A program made the position numbers and the translations under genes. A stretch of 51,524 nucleotides of DNA, from the NCBI GenBank assembly GCA_038126555.1, contig JAYPFZ010000004.1:8431-59954 (forward strand), in the 5' to 3' direction. The notes beneath the pieces were generated by a model, which was given only the letters and a program-made list of their open reading frames with translations, searched no databases and was not told where the DNA came from. This DNA comes from Betaproteobacteria bacterium. Lineage in GTDB: Bacteria; Pseudomonadota; Gammaproteobacteria; Burkholderiales; Burkholderiaceae_C. Every line of letters begins with the position of its first letter. The stretch's first letter is position 1. This document shows, piece by piece, positions 26,003 to 36,895 of this stretch.

Positions 26003-28633
26003 ATGAACAAACCCCCTGTCACGGTGGCCGACATTCGGCGCACCTTCCTTGAGTTTTTCGAGCAACGCGGCCACACCGTGGTGGCCTCCAGCCCCTTGGT
26101 GCCGGGCAATGACCCCACCCTGATGTTCACCAATTCGGGCATGGTGCAGTTCAAGGACGTGTTCTTGGGCACCGACAAGCGCGCTTACGTGCGCGCGGCA
26201 TCGGTTCAGGCTTGTTTGCGCGCAGGGGGCAAACACAACGACCTCGAAAACGTGGGCTACACCGCGCGCCACCACACCTTCTTCGAGATGTTGGGTAACT
26301 GGTCGTTTGGCGACTACTTCAAGCGCGAATCCCTGAAGTGGGCGTGGGAGCTGCTCACCGAGGTCTATGGTTTGCCCAAAGACAAACTCTTGGCGACGGT
26401 CTACCAAGAGGACGACGAGGCCTACAACATCTGGACCCAAGAGATCGGCCTGCCGCCTGAGCGTGTGATCCGCATTGGCGACAACAAGGGCGGGCGCTAC
26501 AAGTCCGACAACTTCTGGATGATGGCCGACACCGGCCCCTGCGGCCCGTGCTCAGAAATCTTCTACGACCACGGCCCACACATTCCGGGTGGCCCACCCG
26601 GTAGCCCCGATGAAGACGGCGACCGTTTCATTGAAATTTGGAACAACGTGTTCATGCAATTCGAGATGCATGAAGATGGCACCGTCACGCCTTTGCCCGC
26701 ACCTTGCGTGGATACCGGCATGGGGCTGGAGCGCTTGGCCGCCATCTTGCAGCATGTGCACAGCAATTACGAGATCGACCTCTTTCAAAACCTGATTCGT
26801 GCAGCGGCCCAAGCCACCGGGTGTGCCGATGTGAACTCGCCATCGTTGCGGGTCATTGCCGACCATTTGCGCGCCACGGCCTTTTTGGTGTCCGACGGCG
26901 TCATTCCCAGCAACGAGGGGCGCGGCTACGTGCAACGCCGCATCGTGCGACGCGCCATTCGCCACGGTTACAAGCTGGGTCGCAAAACCCCGTTTTTCTA
27001 CACCTTGGTGCCCGAGTTGGTGCGACTCATGGGCGATGCCTACCCCAACCTCAAAGCCCAAGCCCAGCGCATTGCCGATGTGCTCAAGGCCGAGGAAGAA
27101 CGCTTTTACGAAACCCTGGAAAACGGCATGCAGATTCTGGATGCCGCGCTTGCGGGTTCGGTGACCACCTTGCCAGGTGATGTGGCTTTCAAGTTGCACG
27201 ACACCTACGGCTTTCCGCTCGACCTCACCAACGACGTGTGCCGCGAGCGCAACGTCACCGTCGACGAAGCTGGCTTTGCCCAAGCCATGGACCGTCAAAA
27301 AGCCCAGGCGCGTGCCGCGGGCAAATTCAAGATGGACAAGGCCTTGGACTACACCGGCGCGGGCAACACCTTTGTGGGCTACGACGACTTGACTGCGCAG
27401 GCGCGTGTGCTGGCTTTGTATGTCGATGGCACACCCGTGCCTCAGCTCTTGGCCGGACAAACCGGCGTGGTGGTGTTGGACACCACCCCGTTCTATGCCG
27501 AGTCCGGCGGCCAAGTGGGGGACATGGGGGTGCTGGGCGCCTCCCCCGAGCAAGCTGTTTTTGAGGTGCAAGACACCCAAAAAATCAAGGCCGATGTCTT
27601 TGGTCACCACGGGGTGGCTTTGGCCCCCTTGGCGGTGGGCGATGCCGTGGGGGCGTGGGTGAATGCCAACGCCCGGGCGGCGACGGTGCGCAACCACAGC
27701 GCCACCCACCTCATGCACAAGGCCTTGCGTGAAGTGCTGGGCGACCACGTGCAACAAAAAGGCTCCTTGGTCACGCCCGAGCGCACCCGTTTTGACTTTG
27801 CCCATCAGGGCGCTTTGTCCGATGCGGAAATTGCCCGCATCGAAGCCTTGGTGAACCAGGAAGTCCTGGCCAATGCGGCGACGCAAGCGCGGGTGATGGA
27901 CATCGAGTCGGCCCAGAAGACCGGCGCCATGATGCTCTTTGGCGAGAAATACGGCGACACCGTGCGCGTGCTCGACATTGGCTCCAGCCGCGAGTTGTGC
28001 GGCGGCACCCATGTGCAACGAACCGGCGACATTGGTTTGTTCAAAGTCGTCGACCAATCCAACGTGGCCGCGGGCGTGCGACGCATCGAAGCCGTCACGG
28101 GCTTGAACGCCTTGGCGCACGCTCGGGAAACCGAAGCTTTGCTGGGTCGTGCCGCAGGCGCGCTCAAATCACCCGCAAGCGAGTTGCCGACGCGGATTCA
28201 ATCCGTGCTCGACCAGGTCAAGGCGTTGGAGCGCGATCTGGCCGCGCTCAAGGGCAAGCTGGCCTCGTCGCAGGGCGATGAGCTGGCCACCCAAGCGCAA
28301 GACATCGCTGGGGTGAAGGTCTTGGCCGCACGCTTGGATGGCGCCGACGCCAAATCCTTGCGCGAGACGGTCGACAAGCTCAAAGACAAGCTCAAGTCGG
28401 CGGTCGTGGTGCTGGCCGCAGTGGACGGCGACAAGGTTCAGATTGCAGCTGGCGTCACGGCCGATGCCATGGGCCGAGTGAAAGCCGGTGAGTTGGCCAA
28501 TTTCGTCGCCGCACAAGTGGGTGGCAAAGGGGGCGGTAAGCCCGACTTCGCCATGGCCGGCGGCACGCAACCCGCTGGGGTTGGCGCCGCGCTGGATCAG
28601 GTGCGCGACTGGGTGGCCCAGCGCCTCACTTGA
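26003..28633 (+). CDS. alaS: Alanine--tRNA ligase
   Basis: [29 protein letters not shown]; editing motifs HSATH and CGGTH; GGKGGG; TATAAT upstream at ~25947. Confidence 0.98.
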   Translation: MNKPPVTVADIRRTFLEFFEQRGHTVVASSPLVPGNDPTLMFTNSGMVQFKDVFLGTDKRAYVRAASVQACLRAGGKHNDLENVGYTARHHTFFEMLGNWSFGDYFKRESLKWAWELLTEVYGLPKDKLLATVYQEDDEAYNIWTQEIGLPPERVIRIGDNKGGRYKSDNFWMMADTGPCGPCSEIFYDHGPHIPGGPPGSPDEDGDRFIEIWNNVFMQFEMHEDGTVTPLPAPCVDTGMGLERLAAILQHVHSNYEIDLFQNLIRAAAQATGCADVNSPSLRVIADHLRATAFLVSDGVIPSNEGRGYVQRRIVRRAIRHGYKLGRKTPFFYTLVPELVRLMGDAYPNLKAQAQRIADVLKAEEERFYETLENGMQILDAALAGSVTTLPGDVAFKLHDTYGFPLDLTNDVCRERNVTVDEAGFAQAMDRQKAQARAAGKFKMDKALDYTGAGNTFVGYDDLTAQARVLALYVDGTPVPQLLAGQTGVVVLDTTPFYAESGGQVGDMGVLGASPEQAVFEVQDTQKIKADVFGHHGVALAPLAVGDAVGAWVNANARAATVRNHSATHLMHKALREVLGDHVQQKGSLVTPERTRFDFAHQGALSDAEIARIEALVNQEVLANAATQARVMDIESAQKTGAMMLFGEKYGDTVRVLDIGSSRELCGGTHVQRTGDIGLFKVVDQSNVAAGVRRIEAVTGLNALAHARETEALLGRAAGALKSPASELPTRIQSVLDQVKALERDLAALKGKLASSQGDELATQAQDIAGVKVLAARLDGADAKSLRETVDKLKDKLKSAVVVLAAVDGDKVQIAAGVTADAMGRVKAGELANFVAAQVGGKGGGKPDFAMAGGTQPAGVGAALDQVRDWVAQRLT

Positions 28634-30104
28634 GCACGTCGCCCACGCAGACGTATTTGATTTCCACGTAGTCGTCCATGCCGTGGTGTGAGCCCTCGCG
28701 CCCCAAGCCCGATTGCTTCACCCCACCAAAAGGCACGTGCTCGGTGGCGAGGATGCCCACGTTGACCCCCACCATGCCGTATTCCAGGTTTTCGCTGACC
28801 CGGAAGATGCGGCCGATGTCGCGGCTGTAGAAATAGCTGGCCAGCCCGAACTCGGTGTTGTTGGCCAAGGCCACGGCCTCGTCCTCGGTCTCGAAGCGGA
28901 ACACGGGGGCGAAGGGGCCAAAGGTTTCTTCCCGAGCACAGGCCATGTCGGCGCTGGCGTCGGCAATCACCGTGGGCTCGAAGAAAAGACCACCCAAGCG
29001 TTTGCCACCCGTGAGCACCCGGCCGCCCTTGGCCACGGCGTCGTCCACATGGCGTTGCACCTTGTCCACGGCAGCGGGCTCGATCAGCGGCCCCTGGTTC
29101 ACGCCGTCCTCAAAACCATTGCCTACTTTGGCGGTTTTCACCTTGGCGGCAAATTGTTGGACGAAGTCTTCGTAAACGCCAGACTGGACATAAATGCGGT
29201 TGGAGCACACGCAGGTTTGGCCCGCATTGCGGTATTTGCTGGCGAAGGCGCCTTCCACAGCCGATGCGATGTCGGCATCGTCGAACACGATGAAGGGGGC
29301 GTTACCACCCAATTCCAGCGACAGTTTTTTCACCGTCGGTGCCGATTGCGCCATCAGGATGCGGCCCACTTCGGTGGAACCCGTGAAGGACAAGTGGCGC
29401 ACGACATCGCTGGCGCACAAGACTTTGCCCACCGCAATGCTGTTGTCGGTGTCGGCCACGATGACGTTGAGCACACCCGGGGGCATGCCCGCGCGCAAGG
29501 CCAACTCGGCAGCCGCCAAGGCCGTGAGCGGGGTGAGTTCGGCGGGTTTGATGACCACGGGGCAACCCGCGGCCAAAGCCGGGGCCACCTTGCGGGTGAT
29601 CATGGCCAGGGGAAAGTTCCACGGGGTGATGGCCGCGCAGACCCCAATGGGCTGCTTGAACACCAGCAAACGGCGGTTGTTGTCGAAGGTGGGCAAGGTC
29701 TCGCCGTAGACGCGTTTGGCTTCCTCGGCAAACCACTCCACAAAGCTGGCGCCGTAGGCCACCTCGCCGCGCGACTCCGCCATGGGCTTGCCCTGTTCGG
29801 CGGTCATCAAGCGGGCCAGGTCTTCTTGGTTGGCCATGAGCAGGTCGAACCATTGGCGCAAGATCGCGGCCCGCGCTTTGGCGGTGGTGTTGCGCCAGCC
29901 GACCCAGGCGGCATTCGCGGCGGCAATGGCCTGTTCGGCGTGCGCGGGGCCCAGGTTGGCGACATTCACCAGGTGTTGACCCGTGGCCGGGTCGTTCACC
30001 GCAAATTGCCCGTTGCCGTCCACCCATTGGCCGTTGATCAGGCCTTGGGTTTTGAGCAGGCTGGGGTCATTGAGCAAAGACAGGGGAGAGGTTTTCATGT
30101 CCAT
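28626..30104 (-). CDS. gabD: NAD(P)-dependent succinate-semialdehyde dehydrogenase
   Basis: [37 protein letters not shown]. Confidence 0.93.
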   Translation of the reverse strand: MDMKTSPLSLLNDPSLLKTQGLINGQWVDGNGQFAVNDPATGQHLVNVANLGPAHAEQAIAAANAAWVGWRNTTAKARAAILRQWFDLLMANQEDLARLMTAEQGKPMAESRGEVAYGASFVEWFAEEAKRVYGETLPTFDNNRRLLVFKQPIGVCAAITPWNFPLAMITRKVAPALAAGCPVVIKPAELTPLTALAAAELALRAGMPPGVLNVIVADTDNSIAVGKVLCASDVVRHLSFTGSTEVGRILMAQSAPTVKKLSLELGGNAPFIVFDDADIASAVEGAFASKYRNAGQTCVCSNRIYVQSGVYEDFVQQFAAKVKTAKVGNGFEDGVNQGPLIEPAAVDKVQRHVDDAVAKGGRVLTGGKRLGGLFFEPTVIADASADMACAREETFGPFAPVFRFETEDEAVALANNTEFGLASYFYSRDIGRIFRVSENLEYGMVGVNVGILATEHVPFGGVKQSGLGREGSHHGMDDYVEIKYVCVGDVLK

Positions 30105-30161
30105 AGGGGCCTCGCATCGCGAATGAGAAAAACGCCAGTTTGCAACGGGCGGGAAAACTTG

Positions 30162-30926
30162 TCAGCCGTGGGGGTGACCGTCTGAGCGCTCGAACACCAA
30201 ATCCCACACGCCATGACCCAGGCGCAGGCCACGGCGCTCGAATTTGGTCTCGGGGCGGTAGTGGGGTCGGTCGGCATAGCCCGAGGGGTGCGGCGATCGG
30301 TTGCGCAGCAAGGGCTGTGACTGGAGCACTTCCAGCATGTGCTCGGCATAGGGCTGCCAGTCGGTGGCGAAATGCACATAGCCGCCGGGCTTGATCAAGG
30401 TGCACACCGCAGCCAGCCATTCGGGCTGGACCAGTCGGCGCTTGTGGTGGCGTTTTTTGTGCCAAGGGTCTGGGAAAAACAAATGCAAGCCATCCAGGCT
30501 GGCGGGCGCCAGCATGTGGGCCATCACCTCGACGGCATCGTGGGCCATGATGCGGATGTTGGCCAGGGACTGGGTTTGAATGCGCATGAGCAAAGCCCCC
30601 ACGCCGGGTTCGTGCACTTCGCAGCACAGAAAACGCGTGTGTGGCAACACCGAAGCAATGTGCGCGGTGGCCTCGCCCATGCCAAAGCCGATTTCCAGCA
30701 CACAGGGTGCATCGGCCAAAGCGGGGTCAAAGGCGGCGTTCCAATCCAGCACATGGGGCTGATAAGGAATCACATGCTGGGGGCCGAGTTGGGCCACGGC
30801 GCGTTCTTGCCCCGTGGTCATGCGGCCCGCGCGTCGCACAAAACTGCGGATGCGACGAGGGTGTGCCACCGCCTCCAAGGGATTGGCGGCGGTGGCGGGA
30901 TCGGGAGAAGGGGTGGATTCGGTCAT
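30162..30926 (-). CDS. trmB: tRNA (guanine(46)-N7)-methyltransferase
   Basis: [39 protein letters not shown]. Confidence 0.96.
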   Translation of the reverse strand: MTESTPSPDPATAANPLEAVAHPRRIRSFVRRAGRMTTGQERAVAQLGPQHVIPYQPHVLDWNAAFDPALADAPCVLEIGFGMGEATAHIASVLPHTRFLCCEVHEPGVGALLMRIQTQSLANIRIMAHDAVEVMAHMLAPASLDGLHLFFPDPWHKKRHHKRRLVQPEWLAAVCTLIKPGGYVHFATDWQPYAEHMLEVLQSQPLLRNRSPHPSGYADRPHYRPETKFERRGLRLGHGVWDLVFERSDGHPHG

Positions 30927-30953
30927 GGGGCAAGGCGGGGCAGAGGCCGCATT

Positions 30954-31877
30954 CTAGGGTTGTGGGCTCAGCCAGCGGTCGCGCCACGCCTGCACCCAGC
31001 CCGCCAGCGCCTCGGCCCGACTGGCCTTTGGGGAGGCGGGGGGTAAACCCAAACCCAGCGCCGCATCGCGCAGCACCTGCAGGGCTTGGTTGGCCTCGAT
31101 GGAGACGGCGCCGGTTTGTTTGGACAGCTTTTGGCCATCGCTGGCACGCACCAAGGGGCCATGCCAATACACGGGCGGTGTGACCGACAAAGCCTGGCAC
31201 AGCAGGCGCTGTCTGGGGGTGTTGTCGGCCAGGTCTTCGCCGCGCACCACATGGGTGATGCCTTGGTCACGATCGTCCACCACCACGGCGAGTTGATAGG
31301 CCCAATACCCATCGGACCGACGCACCACAAAGTCGCCCACCTCGCGGGCCACATCTTGGCGTTGTGTGCCGAGGCGGCGATCCGCCCAGGTGTGCAGGCC
31401 TGGCGTCACGCGACAGCGCCAAGCCACCCCATCGGCCTTGGGTTTGGCTTCAGGCAGGGAATGGGTGGGCAACGGTGCCGTAGCGGTGTCGGGTCGGCAC
31501 CAACCGGGATAGACCCGCGGTGCATCGGGCGGTAATCCTTCGCTGACCGCGTGTTGGGCCAAGCGCTGACGTGAACACGTGCAGGGGTAGACCCAGCCAC
31601 CTGCGTGCAGTTGAGCCAAGGCTTGGGCATAGGCGCTTGAGCGCTGGGATTGCCACCACACCGGTTCATCCGAGATCAGGCCCAAGGCGGCCAGTTGCGC
31701 CAGTTGATGCTGCCCCATGTCGGGTGGACAGCGGGGGCCATCGACGTCTTCGATGCGAACCAGCCACGTGCCTTGGTGAGCCCGTGCATCCAGCCAACTG
31801 GCCAAGGCCGTGAGCACGGAGCCGGCGTGCAAAGGGCCCGTGGGTGACGGGGCAAAACGACCGCGATAGCTCAGCAC
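30954..31877 (-). CDS. gluQ: tRNA glutamyl-Q(34) synthetase
   Basis: GRFAPSPTGPLHAG, RIEDVD, YQLAVVVDD, VRGEDL, KLSKQ; no anticodon-binding domain; GTG start overlapping upstream stop. Confidence 0.92.
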   Translation of the reverse strand: MLSYRGRFAPSPTGPLHAGSVLTALASWLDARAHQGTWLVRIEDVDGPRCPPDMGQHQLAQLAALGLISDEPVWWQSQRSSAYAQALAQLHAGGWVYPCTCSRQRLAQHAVSEGLPPDAPRVYPGWCRPDTATAPLPTHSLPEAKPKADGVAWRCRVTPGLHTWADRRLGTQRQDVAREVGDFVVRRSDGYWAYQLAVVVDDRDQGITHVVRGEDLADNTPRQRLLCQALSVTPPVYWHGPLVRASDGQKLSKQTGAVSIEANQALQVLRDAALGLGLPPASPKASRAEALAGWVQAWRDRWLSPQP

Positions 31878-32914
31878 ACGGACTCGGCCAGGGTGAGCCC
31901 ACTCAGAAAGGCGTCTTCCACCCGGTGGCCCAGGTGCCAGTCGCCACACGTGCCCAACTGCAAGGCCTCATCCCAAGTGAACGGAGCCCCCAGCGCTTGG
32001 GTGGTGAGGGCGTAGCGCCACAAATGGGCTTGGGCCCAGTAGGGGCGGGTGCGAATGCCGGTGAGTTGGGCAAAGGCCTGGGTGAGCTTGACCAGCACCC
32101 GCTCGGGGTCATCAGTCAAATGCTCGCGTGACCATTCGGGGTTGGCGTGCACCGTCCAGCGCTCGGTGGCACCGCGCAGGGGTTTGGAGGACTCGCGGGC
32201 CAGCCAGCTGATGCGGTGATGGGTGCTTTGGGCGGCGTTCCAGTGCGGACCCCATTGCTTCACTTGGGCTTGACTGGCTTGCGGAAACGCCAACATGGCC
32301 GCCCAGCAGGGCTGCAGTTGCACCCGGTCCAAGTCGGCTCGGCTTTGCGGCATGGGCATGTGGGCAGCCGAGGCATCGAGCAATTGGGTGGCTTGAGGGG
32401 CGGGCAGGGCCAGGATCACCCCATCGAAGGCTTGCGGCCACGCCTGACCCGCCACGGTCAAGCGCCAGGGGTGAGGCGCTGAGGCCTCGTGGGCCAGCCC
32501 TTCCACGCGGGCATGAAGTTTCAAGTGGCCCGCCGCCAACAAGGGTTGAGCCCAGTGGCGCACCAAATGGTTCATGCCCGGGGTGCCGACCCAGCGGTAA
32601 TCGGGGCTGGCGGTGACTTCAATTTTCCGACCCAAGGCGTCCAGCACCCGCACACCAGCGACGCTCCAGGCCCGGTGGTGATCCAAGGTGCCCGGCACTT
32701 GGCCCAAGGCCGTGGCGAAGCGTGAGTCGCGGACCGTGAAAAATTGGGCCCCATGGTCGAAGCTGCCATGGTCACTCTGGCGCGTGGCCATGCGCCCAGA
32801 GGCCCCCGCGCTTTTTTCAAACACGGTGACCCGATGGCCCGCTTTCCACAAGGTGCGTGCGGCGGTGATGCCGGCCATGCCCGCGCCCACAATGGCCCAA
32901 TGGGGAGTGCTCAT
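31871..32914 (-). CDS. NAD(P)/FAD-dependent oxidoreductase (renalase-like)
   Basis: GAGMAG, FEKS..GRMATR, FDHGAQFF, HLWRYA, CGDW...VEDAFLSG. Confidence 0.88.
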   Translation of the reverse strand: MSTPHWAIVGAGMAGITAARTLWKAGHRVTVFEKSAGASGRMATRQSDHGSFDHGAQFFTVRDSRFATALGQVPGTLDHHRAWSVAGVRVLDALGRKIEVTASPDYRWVGTPGMNHLVRHWAQPLLAAGHLKLHARVEGLAHEASAPHPWRLTVAGQAWPQAFDGVILALPAPQATQLLDASAAHMPMPQSRADLDRVQLQPCWAAMLAFPQASQAQVKQWGPHWNAAQSTHHRISWLARESSKPLRGATERWTVHANPEWSREHLTDDPERVLVKLTQAFAQLTGIRTRPYWAQAHLWRYALTTQALGAPFTWDEALQLGTCGDWHLGHRVEDAFLSGLTLAESVC

Positions 32915-33864
32915 GTTGGTTCTCCTGGAGGATGTGGCAAGCCCAGCAAGGCCGCCTGGGTGACGGGTTGGTTCAATTGTTGCAGCCACCAATCCAAGGC
33001 CAGGCCACGCGCCTGACGCGGGGTGGACATCCAGGCGCAGCTGAGCTGAACGCGGCGGGGGTTGCGGGTGGTTTGCATGAGTCGAAGTTGGCCACGGGCC
33101 AGGGCCGACTGGATGTGTGGCAAGGGCAGGTGGCCCACACCCAAGCCACGAATCTGGGCATCGATCTTGTCGGCCATGCTGTCGACCGTCAGCACCGCTT
33201 GCCCCGGCAGCAGGCCCACGGTGACTTCCAGCCCCAAGGGGGCGGTGTCGGCCACGGCCACGGCCCGGTGTTGGGCGATGTCTTGGTCGGTGAGCGGCTC
33301 GGGACAGGCGGCCAGGGGGTGATGCGGGGCGACTGCAAAACCAAACGCCAGCACGCCCAGCGGCTGGTGGGCCACACGGGTCAGGTCCCCCGTTTCTTGT
33401 GACACGCCAATGGCCAAGTCGGCCGTGCCTTGGTGCAGGGCCGCGAGGGTGCCGTGCAGGGTTTCGTGTCGAAAGCGCAAGCGGGTGGGCGCCCCCAGTT
33501 CATCGAAGCGCTGACACAAATCGAAGATGACCGATTGGTGAATCACCGAGTCAATGGCCAAGGTCAGCTGGGATTCCCATCCGGTGGCAATTCGGCGCAC
33601 GCGGCTGGACACGGCGTCGAGGTCACTCAGGATGCGGCGCGCTTCCACGAGCAGGGCTTGGCCGGCTGGCGTCAGGCGGGCCTGCCGGCTGGTTCGGTCG
33701 AACAACAGCACGTCCAAGGCCTCTTCGAGTTGTCGAACCCGGTAAGACAGGGCGCTGGGCACCTGACCCAAAGCGCGGGCCGCACCGGCAAAGCTGCCGA
33801 ACCGGTCGATGGCATCGATCATGGCCAGGGCATCGGGCGTGAGGATGTCGCGGGGCAATTGCAT
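32911..33864 (-). CDS. LysR-family transcriptional regulator (YhaJ-like)
   Basis: GSFAGAARALGQVPSALSYRVRQLEE HTH; divergent from pirin. Confidence 0.93.
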   Translation of the reverse strand: MQLPRDILTPDALAMIDAIDRFGSFAGAARALGQVPSALSYRVRQLEEALDVLLFDRTSRQARLTPAGQALLVEARRILSDLDAVSSRVRRIATGWESQLTLAIDSVIHQSVIFDLCQRFDELGAPTRLRFRHETLHGTLAALHQGTADLAIGVSQETGDLTRVAHQPLGVLAFGFAVAPHHPLAACPEPLTDQDIAQHRAVAVADTAPLGLEVTVGLLPGQAVLTVDSMADKIDAQIRGLGVGHLPLPHIQSALARGQLRLMQTTRNPRRVQLSCAWMSTPRQARGLALDWWLQQLNQPVTQAALLGLPHPPGEPT

Positions 33865-33870
33865 GATCGA

Positions 33871-33883
33871 TCAAAAATTTTGA
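33871..33883. promoter_or_regulatory. LysR T-N11-A recognition box
   Basis: Palindromic TCAAAA-A-TTTTGA next to the LysR start, between LysR and pirin. Confidence 0.7.
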
Positions 33884-33968
33884 ATGCTGTGGTCGTGGCC
33901 ATTGTCGCAAGCCTGGGGCACTTGCACCTAGAGTCTCGTTTGGACGCATTGAACCTCAGGAGACCGAC

Positions 33969-34679
33969 ATGATGCAACTGCGACGCAGCGATGAGCGCGG
34001 GTATGCCGACCACGGCTGGCTCAAGTCTTTTCACACCTTTTCGTTTGCGGGCTATCACGACCCCCGATTCATGGGGTGGGGCAATTTGCGGGTGATCAAT
34101 GAAGACCGCATTGCGCCGGGCACCGGTTTTGGCACGCATGGCCACCAAAACATGGAAATCATCAGCTATGTGCTCAGCGGTGAATTGGCTCACCGCGACA
34201 GCATGGGCCATGTGCAGTCCATTCCGCCGGGTGAGGTTCAGCGCATGAGCGCGGGCTCTGGGGTGACGCACAGCGAGTTCAACCACGCCCAGGGCCAAAC
34301 CACCCATTTCTTGCAAATCTGGATTCTTCCCGATGTGGCGGGTGTCGAGCCGTCCTACGAGCAAAAACGATTCGACGACGCCCAAAAGCGCGGCCAGCTG
34401 TGCCGTGTGGTGGACGGTCAGGGCCGAGACGGGGCCTTGCGCATGCACGCCGATGCCAGCGTGTGGGCCGGGTGTTTCGATGGTGAGGAGTCTGCGGTGC
34501 TGACTGATTTGTCATCGCGCCAAGTGTGGGTGCAGGTGGTGCGTGGCAGCTTGCAAGCCAATGGCCACAACTTGGGCACGGGCGACGCGCTCATGATGAA
34601 GGATGAGACTCAGCTGTTGCTGGCCAATGGCCAGGACGCTGAAGTCCTGGTGTTTGATTTGAAACCGATGTTGAACTAA
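33969..34679 (+). CDS. Pirin-family bicupin (YhhW-like)
   Basis: HGWLKSFHTFSF, NEDRI, FGTHGH, EIISYV, MSAGSGVTHSE. Confidence 0.95.
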   Translation: MMQLRRSDERGYADHGWLKSFHTFSFAGYHDPRFMGWGNLRVINEDRIAPGTGFGTHGHQNMEIISYVLSGELAHRDSMGHVQSIPPGEVQRMSAGSGVTHSEFNHAQGQTTHFLQIWILPDVAGVEPSYEQKRFDDAQKRGQLCRVVDGQGRDGALRMHADASVWAGCFDGEESAVLTDLSSRQVWVQVVRGSLQANGHNLGTGDALMMKDETQLLLANGQDAEVLVFDLKPMLN

Positions 34680-34689
34680 GGAGAAACGC

Positions 34690-35223
34690 ATGACATCGAT
34701 CGTGGTGGTTTATCACTCTGGGTATGGGCACACGGAACGTGTGGCCCAGTTTGTCGCGGATGGTGCGCAGGGCGAATTGATGCCCATCAGCGCGGAAGGC
34801 GAATTGAGCGAGGCCGATTGGGCTCGACTCGATGCGGCCGATGCCATCGTGATGGGCTCGCCGACCTACATGGGCAGCGTCTCGTGGCAATTCAAAAAGT
34901 TTGCCGACGCCACCTCCAAGCGTTGGTTCACCAGCGCTTGGAAAGACAAACTGGCAGGCGGGTTCACCGTGTCGGCCAACCTGAGTGGCGACAAGCTCTC
35001 GACCTTGCAATATTTCATGACCCTGGCCATGCAAAACGGCATGATCTGGGTGGGCCAGCCGTTGATGAACGATGGGCAAGTGAACCGCTTGGGCTCCCAC
35101 TCTGGGGTCATGGCGCAAGTGGGGCCGACCCAGCCCGCGAGCGACCTGCCCGAAGGCGACTTGGAGACGGCGCGTCGCTACGGCCAACGCCTGCGCGAGA
35201 TGGCAGAGCGCTTCAAGCGCTGA
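34690..35223 (+). CDS. Flavodoxin-family (WrbA-like) NAD(P)H:quinone oxidoreductase
   Basis: YHSGYGHT, GSPTYMG, SGDK. Confidence 0.9.
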   Translation: MTSIVVVYHSGYGHTERVAQFVADGAQGELMPISAEGELSEADWARLDAADAIVMGSPTYMGSVSWQFKKFADATSKRWFTSAWKDKLAGGFTVSANLSGDKLSTLQYFMTLAMQNGMIWVGQPLMNDGQVNRLGSHSGVMAQVGPTQPASDLPEGDLETARRYGQRLREMAERFKR

Positions 35224-35956
35224 TGGGGTGGGGCGCGAGGTCGACGCCCAAGGCCTCGCGCTCGTCAAACACGAAGCAAGTGCCTTCGTAATGATCGGTG
35301 CCGACTTCTTCGAAATACTTCAGGATGCCGCCTTCAATTTGATAGACGTGCTCCAAGCCGAGATCGCGCATGAAGATGGCGGCCTTTTCGCAGCGAATGC
35401 CTCCCGTGCAATAGGTGATGACGGTGTGCTGTGACAAAGTTTGGGCGTGGTCGCGCACCGCTTGGGGAAACTCGCTGAATTTGCTCAGGTGCCAATTCAC
35501 CGCTTGGCGAAATCCGCCATAGCTCACTTCGAAATCGTTGCGGGTGTCCAGCACCATGACCGGACGGCCTGTGTCGTCATGGCCTTGGGTCAGCCAACGT
35601 TGCACCACCTCGGGTGCAATGGCGGGGGCCCGACCAGATTGCGGCTGAATGGTGGGTTCGTTCATGCGAATGATTTCTGCCTTGACCTTGACCAACATCT
35701 TCCGAAAAGGCACGGCATCGGACCAGCTGTCTTTGGTGGGCAAGTCGGCAAAGCGGGGGTCTTGACGCAACTCAGCCATGAAGGTTTGAACCGCAGGCCC
35801 CGGTCCAGCCAAAAACAGGTTGATGCCCTCGTGGGCCAGGAGGATCGTGCCCTTGAGCGCCAAGTCGTCGGCCCGCGCCTTGAGTTGGGTTTTCAAGCCC
35901 TCAGGGTCATCGATGGAGACGAAGCGGTAGGTGGAAATGTTGAGGATGTCGGCCAT
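35213..35956 (-). CDS. trhO: Rhodanese-family tRNA uridine(34) hydroxylase TrhO (YceA/UPF0176), short form
   Basis: LKGTILLAHEGIN, LDTRNDFE, YCTGGIRCEK, GGILKY, CFVFDER. Confidence 0.88.
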   Translation of the reverse strand: MADILNISTYRFVSIDDPEGLKTQLKARADDLALKGTILLAHEGINLFLAGPGPAVQTFMAELRQDPRFADLPTKDSWSDAVPFRKMLVKVKAEIIRMNEPTIQPQSGRAPAIAPEVVQRWLTQGHDDTGRPVMVLDTRNDFEVSYGGFRQAVNWHLSKFSEFPQAVRDHAQTLSQHTVITYCTGGIRCEKAAIFMRDLGLEHVYQIEGGILKYFEEVGTDHYEGTCFVFDEREALGVDLAPHPISA

Positions 35957-36011
35957 GCCAAGATTGTAAAAACATCGACAGCAGGGAACCCATGAAGCGG
36001 GCCTGGGAGGC

Positions 36012-36296
36012 TCAGGCCTTCCACCATTCTTGGTTGAACCACTTGAAGCCCTGACGCAACATGGCTTCGTGGGCGCTTTCGGGTCCGGTTTCGAAACAAT
36101 GGCCGGTGTAAAGCCACTTTTCTTCTTCGGTCAGGGCGCCATCGTTTTGCAAATACACAAAGTAGGTGCTGCCGATGCGGTGAACCTTGAAAAACTCAGC
36201 GACCAGGGAGTCGGGGTTGGCGCGGGTGTAAATCTCATCTTCGGCCACCGGAGCGTGTTCGGTGGCTTTGCTGCCAGTCTCTGGGGGTTCTTCCAT
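36012..36296 (-). CDS. Hypothetical protein (94 aa)
   Basis: Fills the gap downstream of the wHTH gene; protein-like aromatic/acidic composition from MEEPP. Confidence 0.55.
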   Translation of the reverse strand: MEEPPETGSKATEHAPVAEDEIYTRANPDSLVAEFFKVHRIGSTYFVYLQNDGALTEEEKWLYTGHCFETGPESAHEAMLRQGFKWFNQEWWKA

Positions 36297-36327
36297 GTGG
36301 GGCAGGGCCGATGAGGTGCCCAGCCTT

Positions 36328-36681
36328 TCAGCGGGCGGGTTGCTGCAGGTTGAAGGAAACCATGGAGGACAAGGTTTCGAAGTGCGCCAAGGCTTTGTCG
36401 GTGGGGTGCAAAAACTTGGTTCGGCGGTCGCTGCCCACATGCTGGGTGTCGATCAAACCAGCCTCGCGCAGGGTGTCGAGTTTGCGGTGCAAGGTGGCAG
36501 GGGACCCCAAATCGACCAAAGCCATGGCTTCGCTGACGGTCATGGGTTTGTCATCCACCGCGCGCAAGGCGATGATCTCGAGCAAGCGCATGGACACCAG
36601 ATCCAGCTCGGCCAAGCCCTCTTTTTGGTCCAGCGAATGGATGAGGTTTTTGAGCCGCAAGTAAAACTGAGTGGCATTCAT
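36328..36681 (-). CDS. MarR-like winged-helix DNA-binding protein
   Basis: MTVSEAM..LGSPATLHRKLDTLREAGLI..DRRTK.L.PT; AGGAG RBS. Confidence 0.85.
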   Translation of the reverse strand: MNATQFYLRLKNLIHSLDQKEGLAELDLVSMRLLEIIALRAVDDKPMTVSEAMALVDLGSPATLHRKLDTLREAGLIDTQHVGSDRRTKFLHPTDKALAHFETLSSMVSFNLQQPAR

Positions 36682-36895
36682 AGCCGGACTCCTGATCGAC
36701 ACGATGTTTGATTTTAGTGGGTTTTGTGTATACCGTTTGAAAAAAACCTGACATCCAGCGACCTTCCTGATTTGAAAGGGGGGTCAGGCCGTTTGTCGCA
36801 AATTGAGATTTGTTGGGCGTTTTTTTGAAATTGAAAATATTTTCGACTAGCCTAGCGAAACCGTGAAGCCACACCATCAAGCCCCCTTGACTCGC

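Noticed and set aside
36740-36790. Possible structured RNA (CCTGAC...GTCAGG) in the wHTH/MASE1 gap
   Set aside because: Only a 6-bp complement and no recognisable riboswitch consensus; needs a covariance search
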